Assembly (NCBI GenBank): GCA_045633945.1
Contig: JAZQZH010000021.1
Span: 30,808-94,807, forward strand
Source of the DNA: Alphaproteobacteria bacterium
GTDB taxonomy: Bacteria; Pseudomonadota; Alphaproteobacteria; RF32; CAG-239
DNA: 64,000 nt
Direction of reading: 5' to 3'
Both the position numbers and the translations under genes were made by a program. The notes beneath the pieces were generated by a model that ran no database searches, had not been told where the DNA came from, and saw only the letters and a program-made list of their open reading frames with translations. Positions 9,745 through 18,873 of the stretch are shown here, in pieces. Within the stretch, counting starts at the first letter, position 1. Each line of letters begins with the position of its first letter.

Positions 9745-10218
9745 TTATATTTTCTTTCCAGCCTTTACGTAAGCAACAGCGGCATGTTCTTCACAGTATG
9801 TTTGACCTGTTTTTATACGTTTGCCACAAAAGCAAAAATCTTCATCTTTAGGGTCGCCAATTGGCCAGCGGCAAGTGTGATTGTCTAGTTTAACAAGCGG
9901 TATATTTGTTTCCTCAATGATAGGGGCTACAGGTTTTTGAGGCTCTTCAATAGGAGACTTTTTAACGCATTTAGCCGGTTTAGAGGGAGTTTCTTTTGTT
10001 TTGTTTTTTTCTACTTTAGCTGGTTTGGAAGTTTTTTTCTTATCTTCGCTGTTTTCTGATTTTTTGATAGGAGATGGTCTTGCAGTTAGGCAAAGACGAT
10101 GGACTTTTCCTATTATAGAGTTTTTAGTAACATTCAAGACTTTTGCAATTTGGCCTGTTGTCATGCCTTTATCCCACATTCTTTTTAGTTCTTCAACAGC
10201 TTCATCAGTCCATACCAT
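9745..10218 (-). CDS. gcrA: Cell-cycle transcriptional regulator GcrA
   Basis: MVWTDEAVEELKRMWDKGMTTGQIAKVLNVTKNSIIGKVHRL N-terminal domain and C-terminal CRWPIGDP...FCG...YCEEH, the alphaproteobacterial GcrA hallmark. Confidence 0.9.
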   Translation of the reverse strand: MVWTDEAVEELKRMWDKGMTTGQIAKVLNVTKNSIIGKVHRLCLTARPSPIKKSENSEDKKKTSKPAKVEKNKTKETPSKPAKCVKKSPIEEPQKPVAPIIEETNIPLVKLDNHTCRWPIGDPKDEDFCFCGKRIKTGQTYCEEHAAVAYVKAGKKI

Positions 10219-10347
10219 TTTTTATACTCCATTAAAAGTGAAACCAATTTTAACCAACCATAACTTAAAAGGTTTTAAAAAGCAAGCATAACGTTTTTTT
10301 AATTTTTTCATATTAGAATGTCTTTATAAGTAAGGGATAGAAGCATT

Positions 10348-11601
10348 ATGATAAGAAAAATTAAGTATTTAATTTTAAGTTTGTTGTTTTCAACAAGCGT
10401 TTATGCTAGTGTTATGGATTATAACCAGTATTTTGATGTTGATATGTATATGGAAATTCCAGATATAAAAGCTTTTTTTAAAAAGATAATGAAAGATAAT
10501 GTTTTATACGATAAAGGGTATCGTTCTCGTTTTAGTATGGGTAATAGGTTTAAAAAAGAGTTTAGTAAAACAATAAAGTTCTATGGATTAAGTGAGGGTA
10601 GGATAAAAAAAGATTATGAAGATGATCTTTTAGAGATGATTAGTTGGCTACCTAAAGAAGCGTATCAATATGTTGGTCCTATGTTGCATGAAGTTCCAGG
10701 AATGTCTGAGAAGATATTGAATCTTCCTGGTATTAAAGAAACAAAAAATAAATTTCCAGAAAGGGTGGCGGATAAAATGAAAGATATAGAAGGCATAGAA
10801 TATATGTCTCCTGCACTGTATTTTTTATTGATGCCTGAAATATGGGGGGAAGTAGCAGATGAGGAAACTCAAGTAGAACAAGAAGAGGTTGTCAAAAAGA
10901 AAAAAACCAAAGTTGAGTTGCCTGATTTTTTGAAAAAGAAGATAGGGTTGTCAACAGTTGAACCTGAAGCACCTAAGGTGCTAGTAAAAGAAAATAAGCG
11001 CCAGGGATTAAATTTAAGGACATTATCGCCTACATTAATATCTCCTTTAACAACAAAAGATGCAGAGGCTTTTATTGGTACTTTGGATGAAATTATAAAA
11101 TGGGGTGATGATAATAATATGGATATATATTCCAAAATAATAACAGGTGATTATCTTTTAAATATGTGGGAAATTGAACAAAATACTGCATTATCTCAAA
11201 ATGCATTAAAGGATATTGTAAATCCGTGTCAAAGATTAGTTCTAAAAATGCGTTTTGCAGGTGTTTATAATGGGTTTAAGTGGATTATGGCAAAACATGG
11301 TTATACTCCAGAACAATGGGCTTATGTAGGGGACAAAACAATAAAGGCATATAGGGCTGCAACGGCAACTCCAGGTATGGCGTATGCAGTAAGGTATCAT
11401 AGAAAAGGTTATTACAACAGTTATATTGAGCGCCTTCCTAAAAAGTGGAGAGAGGAAATGTATGTTAATGAAGCTGCTATCATTAGAATGTTTGCGGTTT
11501 TAAAAGAAGATGTAGAGGCTGTTCGTCCTATACAAAAAGAAATAAAGGAAGAGTTTCTTAAAACTAATGGTGTTTTGTTAGGTGTGCCAATATTTTATTA
11601 A
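10348..11601 (+). CDS. Hypothetical secreted protein
   Basis: Signal peptide MIRKIKYLILSLLFSTSVYA. No recognisable family. Contains a charged KK/EE-rich linker. Confidence 0.5.
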   Translation: MIRKIKYLILSLLFSTSVYASVMDYNQYFDVDMYMEIPDIKAFFKKIMKDNVLYDKGYRSRFSMGNRFKKEFSKTIKFYGLSEGRIKKDYEDDLLEMISWLPKEAYQYVGPMLHEVPGMSEKILNLPGIKETKNKFPERVADKMKDIEGIEYMSPALYFLLMPEIWGEVADEETQVEQEEVVKKKKTKVELPDFLKKKIGLSTVEPEAPKVLVKENKRQGLNLRTLSPTLISPLTTKDAEAFIGTLDEIIKWGDDNNMDIYSKIITGDYLLNMWEIEQNTALSQNALKDIVNPCQRLVLKMRFAGVYNGFKWIMAKHGYTPEQWAYVGDKTIKAYRAATATPGMAYAVRYHRKGYYNSYIERLPKKWREEMYVNEAAIIRMFAVLKEDVEAVRPIQKEIKEEFLKTNGVLLGVPIFY

Positions 11602-11619
11602 AAAATATCAAAAAAAAGG

Positions 11620-11648
11620 TTGCATTTACAATATGTTTTGTGTATAAA
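11620..11648 (+). promoter_or_regulatory. Putative sigma-70 promoter of rpoZ
   Basis: TTGCAT (11620-11625), 17-nt spacer, TATAAA (11643-11648). A strong RBS AAGGTGG precedes the ATG at 11690. Confidence 0.4.
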
Positions 11649-11689
11649 CTCTCTCAAAGTGTAAATTTTGTTTAAAAAGGTGGAATATA

Positions 11690-12169
11690 ATGGCTCGCGT
11701 AACAGTTGAAGACTGCATTGAAAAAATACCAAACCGCTATGAACTTCTTTTAGTTGCTTCTCAACGTGCAAAAGATATTGCTTCTGGTTCTCCAATCAAA
11801 GTAGAACGCGATAACGATAAGAATTCAGTTGTAGCATTAAGAGAAATTGCTGAAAGTAAGGCTGATATTGAAGAGTTGCAACGTTCTCTGGTAATGGGTT
11901 TGCAAAAATATGTAGAAGTTGAAGAGCCCGAAGAAGAAGAATTGGAAATTAAAGCGGCAGAAAGAGAGTTAGCTGAATTAGATGCTCAATTTGATGGTGA
12001 AACAATTTTGGATGTTGCTCTTGCTGAGAGTATGCAAATTGAAGATAGTCAAGGGAATACTTTGGATGTTGATTCCGATTCTATTGGATTAGATGATGCT
12101 GATCTAGATGATGATTTACTTGATATGAGAGATGATTTTTCTGACGATTTAGATGATTTTGAAGAATAA
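11690..12169 (+). CDS. rpoZ: RNA polymerase omega subunit with an extended acidic C-terminal tail
   Basis: [30 protein letters not shown] omega core. The C-terminal ~60 aa are D/E-rich ([25 protein letters not shown]). Confidence 0.9.
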   Translation: MARVTVEDCIEKIPNRYELLLVASQRAKDIASGSPIKVERDNDKNSVVALREIAESKADIEELQRSLVMGLQKYVEVEEPEEEELEIKAAERELAELDAQFDGETILDVALAESMQIEDSQGNTLDVDSDSIGLDDADLDDDLLDMRDDFSDDLDDFEE

Positions 12170-12189
12170 TCATTATTTTAGTCGTAATA

Positions 12190-12225
12190 AAGCAAGATGC
12201 ATATAAAGTATCTTGCTTTTTTTTA
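12190..12225 (+). terminator. Rho-independent terminator after rpoZ
   Basis: AAGCAAGAT...ATCTTGC stem followed by TTTTTTTT. Confidence 0.6.
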
Positions 12226-12267
12226 TTTTACATACTATAATCAACCGATAGCAAGAAACGAGGTTAC

Positions 12268-14394
12268 ATGTTAAGACAGTATGAATTAGTTGATTTAGTT
12301 AAATCTTATGATCCAAATGCTAATGAAGAAGCATTAAATAGAGCATATGTGTTTGCTATGAAAAAACATGGTGCACAATTACGTACATCAGGTGATCCAT
12401 ACTACTCACACCCAATAGAAGTTGCCGGAATTTTAACGAAGTTTCGTTTAGATTGCAATTCAATCATAGCAGGATTATTGCATGATACGGTAGAAGATAC
12501 AGATACAACAGTTGAAGAAATAAAAGATTTGTTTGGCCCTTCTGTTGCGGCCATTGTTGATGGTGTTACAAAATTAGCAATTATTGAACAAAAGTCAGGT
12601 GCTAGCAAGCAAGCAGAAAACTTCCGCAAATTATTACTAGCAATGTCTGAGGATATTCGTGTTCTTTTGATAAAGTTAGCAGATAGGCTTCATAATGTTA
12701 GAACACTTCATTTTTGTTCTGAAGAAAAACGTAGAAGAATAGCAAAAGAAACATTAGATATTTATGCACCTCTTGCAGAAAGAATAGGTATGCAAGAGAT
12801 TAAAACTGAATTAGAAGAAATTGCTTTTAGAGAACTCCATAAAGAAGCTCATGATTCTATTGTTGCGAGACTTAATTTTTTAAGGGAACAAGGAAGTAAT
12901 CTTGTTCCAAAAATTATCAATCAATTACAACAAGATATGAAAGATGGCGGGGTGAAAGCTTTAATAACTGGAAGAGAAAAGGCTCCATATTCTATATGGC
13001 GCAAAATGCAGTTAAAAAATGCTTCCTTTGAGCAGCTGTCTGATATTATGGCTTTCCGTATTTGTGTTGATGATATTGGGGCTTGTTATCAAGCCTTAGG
13101 TGTTATTCATAGTAAATATCATATGGTTCCACGCCGATTTAAGGATTATATTTCAACGCCAAAACCTAATGGATACCAATCTATACATACCGGGATTATC
13201 GGCCCAGAAAATACTCGTATTGAAATTCAGATTAGAACCAATGAAATGCACGAAATAAATGAAAAAGGCGTTGCTGCTCATTGGGCTTATAAGCAAGGGC
13301 AAAAGGTTGCAGGTCGTAGCTTTAGATGGATACGTGAGTTATTAGAAATTTTAGAGCAAGCGCAAAATCCTGATGAATTTTTAGAAAATACAAAACTAGA
13401 AATGTATAATGACCAAGTATTTTGCTTTACTCCCAAAGGGGATTTAATAGGTCTTCCATTTGGCTCTACACCTGTTGACTTTGCATATGCTATTCATTCA
13501 AGTGTTGGTGATAAATGTGTTGGCGCCAAGATAAATGGAGAAATAAAACCACTAAGAAGCGTTTTGCAAAATGGTGACCAAGTAGAGGTGCTAACTTCTA
13601 AAGCACAGCATCCTTCAACTGAATGGGAGAGGTTTGTTGTTACAGGTAAAGCTAAAGCGGCAATTAGAAGATATGTTAGGGCATGCAAACGTGAACAATT
13701 TTTATCATTGGGTAAAGATATATTAGAAAAGTTATTTAAACAGGAAAGTCTAGAGTTCAATGAAAAGTCTATATATGGCACATTATCACAGTTTGAATGC
13801 GAAAGCTTAGATGATTTATATGCAAAAGTTGGTGAAGGTCTTGTTACTGGGTGGGATGTTTTACGTACAGTATATCCAGCATACAAGCAATCTAAAATAA
13901 CTAAAGTTGTTAATTCTATAAAATTATCTAAACCACATAAAAAGAAGAATACTGCTCTCAAAATAGAGGGATTAATAACGGGTATGGCGGTGCATTTTGC
14001 AGGATGTTGTCATCCTGTTCCAGGTGATAGAATTGTTGGTATTGTGACAACAGGTAAAGGTGTTGCAATACACTCCTTGTCTTGTAAAGGATTAGAGAAA
14101 TATGCAAATGAACCAGAAAGATGGCTAGATATATCTTGGGGGGAAGACGCTAAAGTAGATAATCATACAGCACGTATCAAAGTTATGATTAGTAATGAGC
14201 CAGGGGCTCTAGGGGAGTTATCAAACCTTATTGCTAGATTTAATGCTAATATTATAAACTTGAATATTGTATACAGAACGATTAGTTATTTTGAACTACT
14301 GGTAGATGTTGAAGTTAAAGACGTTGATCACTTAAATAATATAATAACAGGATTAAAAGCATCAAAAGTTATAAGTTTTGTATCAAGAGCATAA
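12268..14394 (+). CDS. spoT: Bifunctional (p)ppGpp synthetase/hydrolase (RSH: HD, synthetase, TGS, ACT)
   Basis: HD hydrolase motif (HDTVEDT). The rest follows the RelA/SpoT synthetase layout with a C-terminal ACT-like domain. Lies immediately downstream of rpoZ, as is usual. Confidence 0.9.
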   Translation: MLRQYELVDLVKSYDPNANEEALNRAYVFAMKKHGAQLRTSGDPYYSHPIEVAGILTKFRLDCNSIIAGLLHDTVEDTDTTVEEIKDLFGPSVAAIVDGVTKLAIIEQKSGASKQAENFRKLLLAMSEDIRVLLIKLADRLHNVRTLHFCSEEKRRRIAKETLDIYAPLAERIGMQEIKTELEEIAFRELHKEAHDSIVARLNFLREQGSNLVPKIINQLQQDMKDGGVKALITGREKAPYSIWRKMQLKNASFEQLSDIMAFRICVDDIGACYQALGVIHSKYHMVPRRFKDYISTPKPNGYQSIHTGIIGPENTRIEIQIRTNEMHEINEKGVAAHWAYKQGQKVAGRSFRWIRELLEILEQAQNPDEFLENTKLEMYNDQVFCFTPKGDLIGLPFGSTPVDFAYAIHSSVGDKCVGAKINGEIKPLRSVLQNGDQVEVLTSKAQHPSTEWERFVVTGKAKAAIRRYVRACKREQFLSLGKDILEKLFKQESLEFNEKSIYGTLSQFECESLDDLYAKVGEGLVTGWDVLRTVYPAYKQSKITKVVNSIKLSKPHKKKNTALKIEGLITGMAVHFAGCCHPVPGDRIVGIVTTGKGVAIHSLSCKGLEKYANEPERWLDISWGEDAKVDNHTARIKVMISNEPGALGELSNLIARFNANIINLNIVYRTISYFELLVDVEVKDVDHLNNIITGLKASKVISFVSRA

Positions 14395-14403
14395 GGAGGG
14401 GGT

Positions 14404-14934
14404 ATGTCCCTAATGAGAAAATTAGGACTAGAACTTCGTGCAAAATATAATATAATATTAAAAAAACTTTCGAATATTAAAGGAACGTCATCAAGTATAT
14501 CTAAAGGATTTGCAACAGGAGTTGCAATGTCTTTTACACCGTTTGTAGGGTTTCATATATTGCTATCATTAATAATGGTAAAGTTAACTAAACAAAATGG
14601 CATTGCAGCCGTATTAGGAACAATGGCCGGTAATCCTTGGACATTTCCAATTATTTGGTATCTAACTCTTAATATCGGATATTTATTGTTGCCAAGTAAA
14701 AGTAGATATATTCCAAATGATTTTAAAATATTTTTTTCTAAATTATTTCACGCTATTATAAGTCTTGACTTTAATCTATTTATCTATGATATTTGGCCTA
14801 TATTTTTACCAATGCTTGTTGGGTGTATTCCGTGCTATATTGTAGTATGGATTATAACAGCTAAATTAGTAGAAAAAGCGTTAAATACAGCCTCTAAAAA
14901 AGGAGATAAAAATGATACTAGGTCTAGGGTGTGA
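14404..14934 (+). CDS. DUF2062-family membrane protein
   Basis: 176 aa with 4 TMs. The GFATGVAMSFTPFVGFHILLSL motif is typical of DUF2062 proteins found beside spoT/acpS. Confidence 0.5.
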   Translation: MSLMRKLGLELRAKYNIILKKLSNIKGTSSSISKGFATGVAMSFTPFVGFHILLSLIMVKLTKQNGIAAVLGTMAGNPWTFPIIWYLTLNIGYLLLPSKSRYIPNDFKIFFSKLFHAIISLDFNLFIYDIWPIFLPMLVGCIPCYIVVWIITAKLVEKALNTASKKGDKNDTRSRV

Positions 14935-15313
14935 TATTGTCCAAGTTTTACGTTTTGCAAAAGGAGAGGCTTTTTTACTTCGTTTTATCAAAAAATATTT
15001 TACAGAGCGTGAGTTTAAAGAACTTGAGCGAAAAATAAAATTACAAGATATTGCAATATTAACTCTAGCGGTGGCTACTCGTTTTGCAGCAAAAGAAGCG
15101 GTGTCAAAAGCCTTAGGTTCAGGTTTTCAAAAAGGAATAACCTTAAAAGATGTTGAAATTATGCATGATGCTTCAGGAAAGCCAATAGTTAATCTTTATA
15201 ATAAAGCTTTGGTTCAAGCATATTATATTTCAAACAATCAGGAGTTTAAGATACATTTAACGCTATCAAACGAGAGAGAATATGTAAATGCAGTTGCAGT
15301 GCTGGAGTGTTAA
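14912..15313 (+). CDS. acpS: Holo-[acyl-carrier-protein] synthase
   Basis: MILGLGCDIVQVLRF N-terminus and ...FAAKEAVSKALG motif of 4'-phosphopantetheinyl transferase AcpS. Confidence 0.8.
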   Translation: MILGLGCDIVQVLRFAKGEAFLLRFIKKYFTEREFKELERKIKLQDIAILTLAVATRFAAKEAVSKALGSGFQKGITLKDVEIMHDASGKPIVNLYNKALVQAYYISNNQEFKIHLTLSNEREYVNAVAVLEC

Positions 15314-15350
15314 TCAATTATAGAAAAAGATTATTGAGAAAATCAAATAT

Positions 15351-15387
15351 AAAAAAATCGGGCCAAATGAGCCCGAAAATTTTTTTA
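15351..15387. terminator. Bidirectional intrinsic terminator between acpS (+) and rpmJ (-)
   Basis: TCGGGC (15358-15363), loop CAAATGA, GCCCGA (15371-15376). Flanked by an A-run upstream and a T-run downstream, so it reads as hairpin plus U-tract on both strands. Confidence 0.6.
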
Positions 15388-15396
15388 CTAGTCTAA

Positions 15397-15522
15397 TTAA
15401 CCTTGACGGCACTTATATTTAGGTTCTTTTTTGTTAATCACATAAAGACGTCCTTTGCGGCGAACGAGTTTACAACCTCTAACACGTGCCTTTTTAGACT
15501 TCAAAGAGCTATATAATTTCAT
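15397..15522 (-). CDS. rpmJ: 50S ribosomal protein L36
   Basis: The ORF track omits it because it is shorter than 60 aa. Minus-strand translation gives [41 protein letters not shown], 41 aa with the C-x2-C...C-x4-H-like zinc-ribbon spacing of L36. Confidence 0.8.
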   Translation of the reverse strand: MKLYSSLKSKKARVRGCKLVRRKGRLYVINKKEPKYKCRQG

Positions 15523-15645
15523 TTTTCTATTCCTTACATAAAAGTTTAACGCAAACTTACGATAATAGTTTTAATTTGTCAAATAATTTTTTTACTTGAA
15601 ATAGATTTATTTGTCGTTATAATTACCAAAGCCTGTTTATAGTGA

Positions 15646-16194
15646 GTGTTAAGAGTAATGAAAATAACTAAAATAATAGCATTTTTATTGGCTTTTATCC
15701 CCTTTAGTGCATATTCTAACAGCAAATATATAGATGATGTTAAAAGCTTTGGATATGTTTCAGGGGAGGGGTTAGCATGTGGAGCGATTCGTTATCCAAC
15801 ATATGAACTTATTGTTAGAGCATATTTAGTTAGTGCAGCAAAAACGGATGAGGAGCAAGCTGAAGGTATGTATGCATATAATTCAGCTAAAGCAAAATCA
15901 TACATCAGCATTAGAAGTCTTAATTATTCAGGATGTTCGGAAATAAATGAGCGTTTTAATAACCAAAAAATTTTTAATTCTAAATTATATAAAAATGGTA
16001 CATTAAAGTTACCAGATGGCAAGGTGATAAAGCCACGAAAAAAATACAATCCTAACTATCTTTATGATAGAAATAAGGATGAACGCACCTCTTTGAATAC
16101 TTATTACAATAAAGTTGTGGAGAAAAAACAAAAAAAGGCTAAAAAACAAGGTATATACCAAAAGATATTGCAAGAAGAAAGTAAAAAACGTTAA
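15646..16194 (+). CDS. Hypothetical secreted protein
   Basis: Signal peptide (KITKIIAFLLAFIPFSAYS) and a lysine-rich C-terminus. No recognisable family. Confidence 0.45.
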   Translation: MLRVMKITKIIAFLLAFIPFSAYSNSKYIDDVKSFGYVSGEGLACGAIRYPTYELIVRAYLVSAAKTDEEQAEGMYAYNSAKAKSYISIRSLNYSGCSEINERFNNQKIFNSKLYKNGTLKLPDGKVIKPRKKYNPNYLYDRNKDERTSLNTYYNKVVEKKQKKAKKQGIYQKILQEESKKR

Positions 16195-16221
16195 ATCAAA
16201 TCATAGAAAAGGAATAAAGAT

Positions 16222-17901
16222 ATGGCATCCTATCAATACATTTATGTTATGCAAAATTTAAGTAAAGTTTTTCCTGGAGGAAAAGAGCTATTTAAAAATA
16301 TTAGCTTATCTTTTTTTCCTGGTGCCAAAATTGGTGTTTTAGGTGTAAATGGCGCAGGTAAATCAACATTATTAAAAATTATGGCCGGAATCGATAAAGA
16401 ATTTAACGGTGAAGCATGGGCTCAAGAAGGTGTTAAAGTTGGATATTTAGAGCAAGAGCCTAAACTTGATGCATCAAAAAATGTTATGGAAAATGTAATG
16501 GATGGTTTAGGAGAAACTGTATCTTTACTCAAACGTTTTGAAGAAGTATCAATGAAGTTTGCAGAGCCAATGAGTGATGATGAAATGAATGCATTGATAG
16601 AAGAGCAAGCAACACTTCAAGAAAAAATAGATGCAGTTAATGGATGGGATATTGAGCGAGCTGTTCAAATTGCTATGGATGCTTTGCGCTGTCCTCCTGC
16701 TGATGCTGATGTTACTAAATTATCTGGTGGTGAAAAAAGAAGAGTAGCTTTATGTAGATTATTGCTGTCAAAGCCCGATATGTTATTACTTGATGAGCCA
16801 ACAAACCATTTGGATGCAGAATCTGTTGCATGGCTAGAACATCATCTTAGAGATTATAAAGGAACTGTAGTTATGGTAACACATGACCGCTATTTCTTAG
16901 ATAATGTTACAGGATGGATACTTGAATTAGACCGTGGTCAGGGTATTCCTTATGAAGGTAACTATACTTCTTGGCTTGAGCAAAAGCAAAAACGTATAGA
17001 ACAAGAGCAACGTGAAGAGAATGCAAGACAAAAAACTTTAGCAAACGAATTAGAGTGGATTAGAAAAAATCCTAAAGCACGTCAGGCAAAATCAAAAGCT
17101 CGTATTAATGCTTATGAAGAATTATTAAGAGAGAGTACAAAGGAGCAAATAACCCAAGCATATATTAATATTCCTATGACAGAAAGACTTGGTGATATGG
17201 TTATTGAAGCCAAAAATATTTCTAAAGCATATGGTGATAAAGTATTAATAGATGACTTATCATTTAAGATTCCAAAGGGGGCTATTGTTGGCATTATTGG
17301 TCCTAATGGTGCAGGAAAAACAACTTTATTTAGAATGATTACAGGACAAGAAAAGCCTGATTCTGGTGAGATTATTATAGGAGAAACCGTAGATTTAGGT
17401 TATGTTGATCAAAGTCGTGATGAATTGAGAGCTGATAAAAATATATGGGAAGAGATTTCTGATGGCTTAGATATTATTGAACTGGGTAAAAAACAGATGC
17501 CATCTCGAGCATATGTTGGTCAATTTAACTTTAAAGGAACAGATCAACAAAAGAAAATAGGTCAGCTATCTGGCGGAGAAAGAAATAGGGTTCATTTAGC
17601 AAAAATGTTAAAAAAGGGAGCAAACGTTATTTTGCTTGACGAACCAACAAATGATCTAGACGTTGATACACTTCGTTCATTAGAAGAAGGAATTATGAAT
17701 TATCCTGGATGCGTGTTGGTTACATCTCACGATAGATGGTTTTTGGATAGACTAGCAACACACATTCTTGCGTATGAAGATGAGGGACATGTAGAGTGGT
17801 TTGAAGGTAATTTTGAAGATTATGAAAAAGATAAGATTCGCCGTCTTGGAGAAGATGCATGTAATCCACATCGTATTAAATATAAGAAATTAGAAAGGTA
17901 A
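16222..17901 (+). CDS. ettA: ABC-F energy-dependent translational throttle EttA
   Basis: Two ABC cassettes with no TM domain. The N-terminus ...[51 protein letters not shown] and C-terminus ...[11 protein letters not shown] align nearly colinearly with EttA. Confidence 0.9.
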   Translation: MASYQYIYVMQNLSKVFPGGKELFKNISLSFFPGAKIGVLGVNGAGKSTLLKIMAGIDKEFNGEAWAQEGVKVGYLEQEPKLDASKNVMENVMDGLGETVSLLKRFEEVSMKFAEPMSDDEMNALIEEQATLQEKIDAVNGWDIERAVQIAMDALRCPPADADVTKLSGGEKRRVALCRLLLSKPDMLLLDEPTNHLDAESVAWLEHHLRDYKGTVVMVTHDRYFLDNVTGWILELDRGQGIPYEGNYTSWLEQKQKRIEQEQREENARQKTLANELEWIRKNPKARQAKSKARINAYEELLRESTKEQITQAYINIPMTERLGDMVIEAKNISKAYGDKVLIDDLSFKIPKGAIVGIIGPNGAGKTTLFRMITGQEKPDSGEIIIGETVDLGYVDQSRDELRADKNIWEEISDGLDIIELGKKQMPSRAYVGQFNFKGTDQQKKIGQLSGGERNRVHLAKMLKKGANVILLDEPTNDLDVDTLRSLEEGIMNYPGCVLVTSHDRWFLDRLATHILAYEDEGHVEWFEGNFEDYEKDKIRRLGEDACNPHRIKYKKLER

Positions 17902-17906
17902 AAAAA

Positions 17907-17931
17907 AGCCAGCAAAAGCTGGCTTTTTTTA
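17907..17931. terminator. Bidirectional intrinsic terminator between ettA (+) and the 17929..18873 gene (-)
   Basis: AGCCAGC AAAA GCTGGCT stem-loop with AAAAAAA upstream and TTTTTTT downstream. Confidence 0.75.
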
Positions 17932-18873
17932 TGCATTAAATTTAGAAATTAGATTACCTTTTTCTCTAGGTATTTTAAAAAACCATCCATCAAAAAGAAT
18001 ATTATTTTCATCTAACCATTTTCTTCCTTCATTAGACATTAACTTATTTTTATCAAGTTTAATATGAAGCCAGTAATCCCCGACATCATTTGTATAGATT
18101 GATAGTTTGTATATAATACCGTTGAACAAAAAGATTTCATAAAATTTCACTTTTTTAAATTCATTTAATTTAAAGTTAGCTGAATGCTTTACATCAATAG
18201 CAGATAAAAACCAAATATATTCTACAAAATTGGAAACTAAAGGTACATTATTATCTGTTATAGATACAAAAACATCATCTTTAAATTTTCGAGAAATATG
18301 GAAGTTATCTGTTTTAATTTCTTTTATTTCATTTTCTCTTATTTTTAATAAAGGCATTTGAAGCCAGTCAATAACATTAGAATTAAGATTATAGTTCTCG
18401 CTAATCTGATATAAAAAACCATCGTTATTTAATAATGCATAATGATGCTTATTTTTTTTACCTTTCAATGCAATTGTCGCATTATCAATAATTTCTCCGT
18501 TTTCATTTATTGACTGTATTATAATGCTATTTTTCATATCAAAAGGTAAATTGTTATTTTTTAATTTATCTGTTCTATAAATAATGGTGTCTCTAATTAA
18601 GTGAATGAGAGTATTTATTTTGGCAAAAGAAACAAGATAATCATCAGCTTCAGCGGCTCTCCACAATTGCTCATGCTTTTTTAGTGTTATATTTTTATTA
18701 TTAGGAAAATTTATAACAATAGTAGAAATATAAGGGTGTTCTCTGGTTGTTTCAAAAAAGTAATTTCCTTTTGATAATGCGTGTATTCTACTATTATTCA
18801 GATAGATACCATAAATAAATAGTGGTATCAAAATAAGTAAAATAAGAATTCCAATTTTAAGATGCTTTAGCAT
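17929..18873 (-). CDS. Hypothetical membrane-anchored protein, last gene of the Gld-like ABC operon
   Basis: Single N-terminal TM (LKIGILILLILIPLFIYGIYL). Overlaps the upstream permease gene by 17 nt. This is the position where a DUF4340-like accessory protein often follows GldG, but I could not verify that family. Confidence 0.4.
   Translation of the reverse strand: MLKHLKIGILILLILIPLFIYGIYLNNSRIHALSKGNYFFETTREHPYISTIVINFPNNKNITLKKHEQLWRAAEADDYLVSFAKINTLIHLIRDTIIYRTDKLKNNNLPFDMKNSIIIQSINENGEIIDNATIALKGKKNKHHYALLNNDGFLYQISENYNLNSNVIDWLQMPLLKIRENEIKEIKTDNFHISRKFKDDVFVSITDNNVPLVSNFVEYIWFLSAIDVKHSANFKLNEFKKVKFYEIFLFNGIIYKLSIYTNDVGDYWLHIKLDKNKLMSNEGRKWLDENNILFDGWFFKIPREKGNLISKFNA

Noticed and set aside
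13494-13961. 155-aa ORF antisense to spoT. Similar antisense ORFs: 8174..8542, 49800..50294, 33141..33380, 42564..42755.
   Set aside because: Each lies entirely within a strongly supported gene on the other strand with conserved motifs. The composition is typical of shadow ORFs in AT-rich DNA, and none has an RBS or any family similarity.
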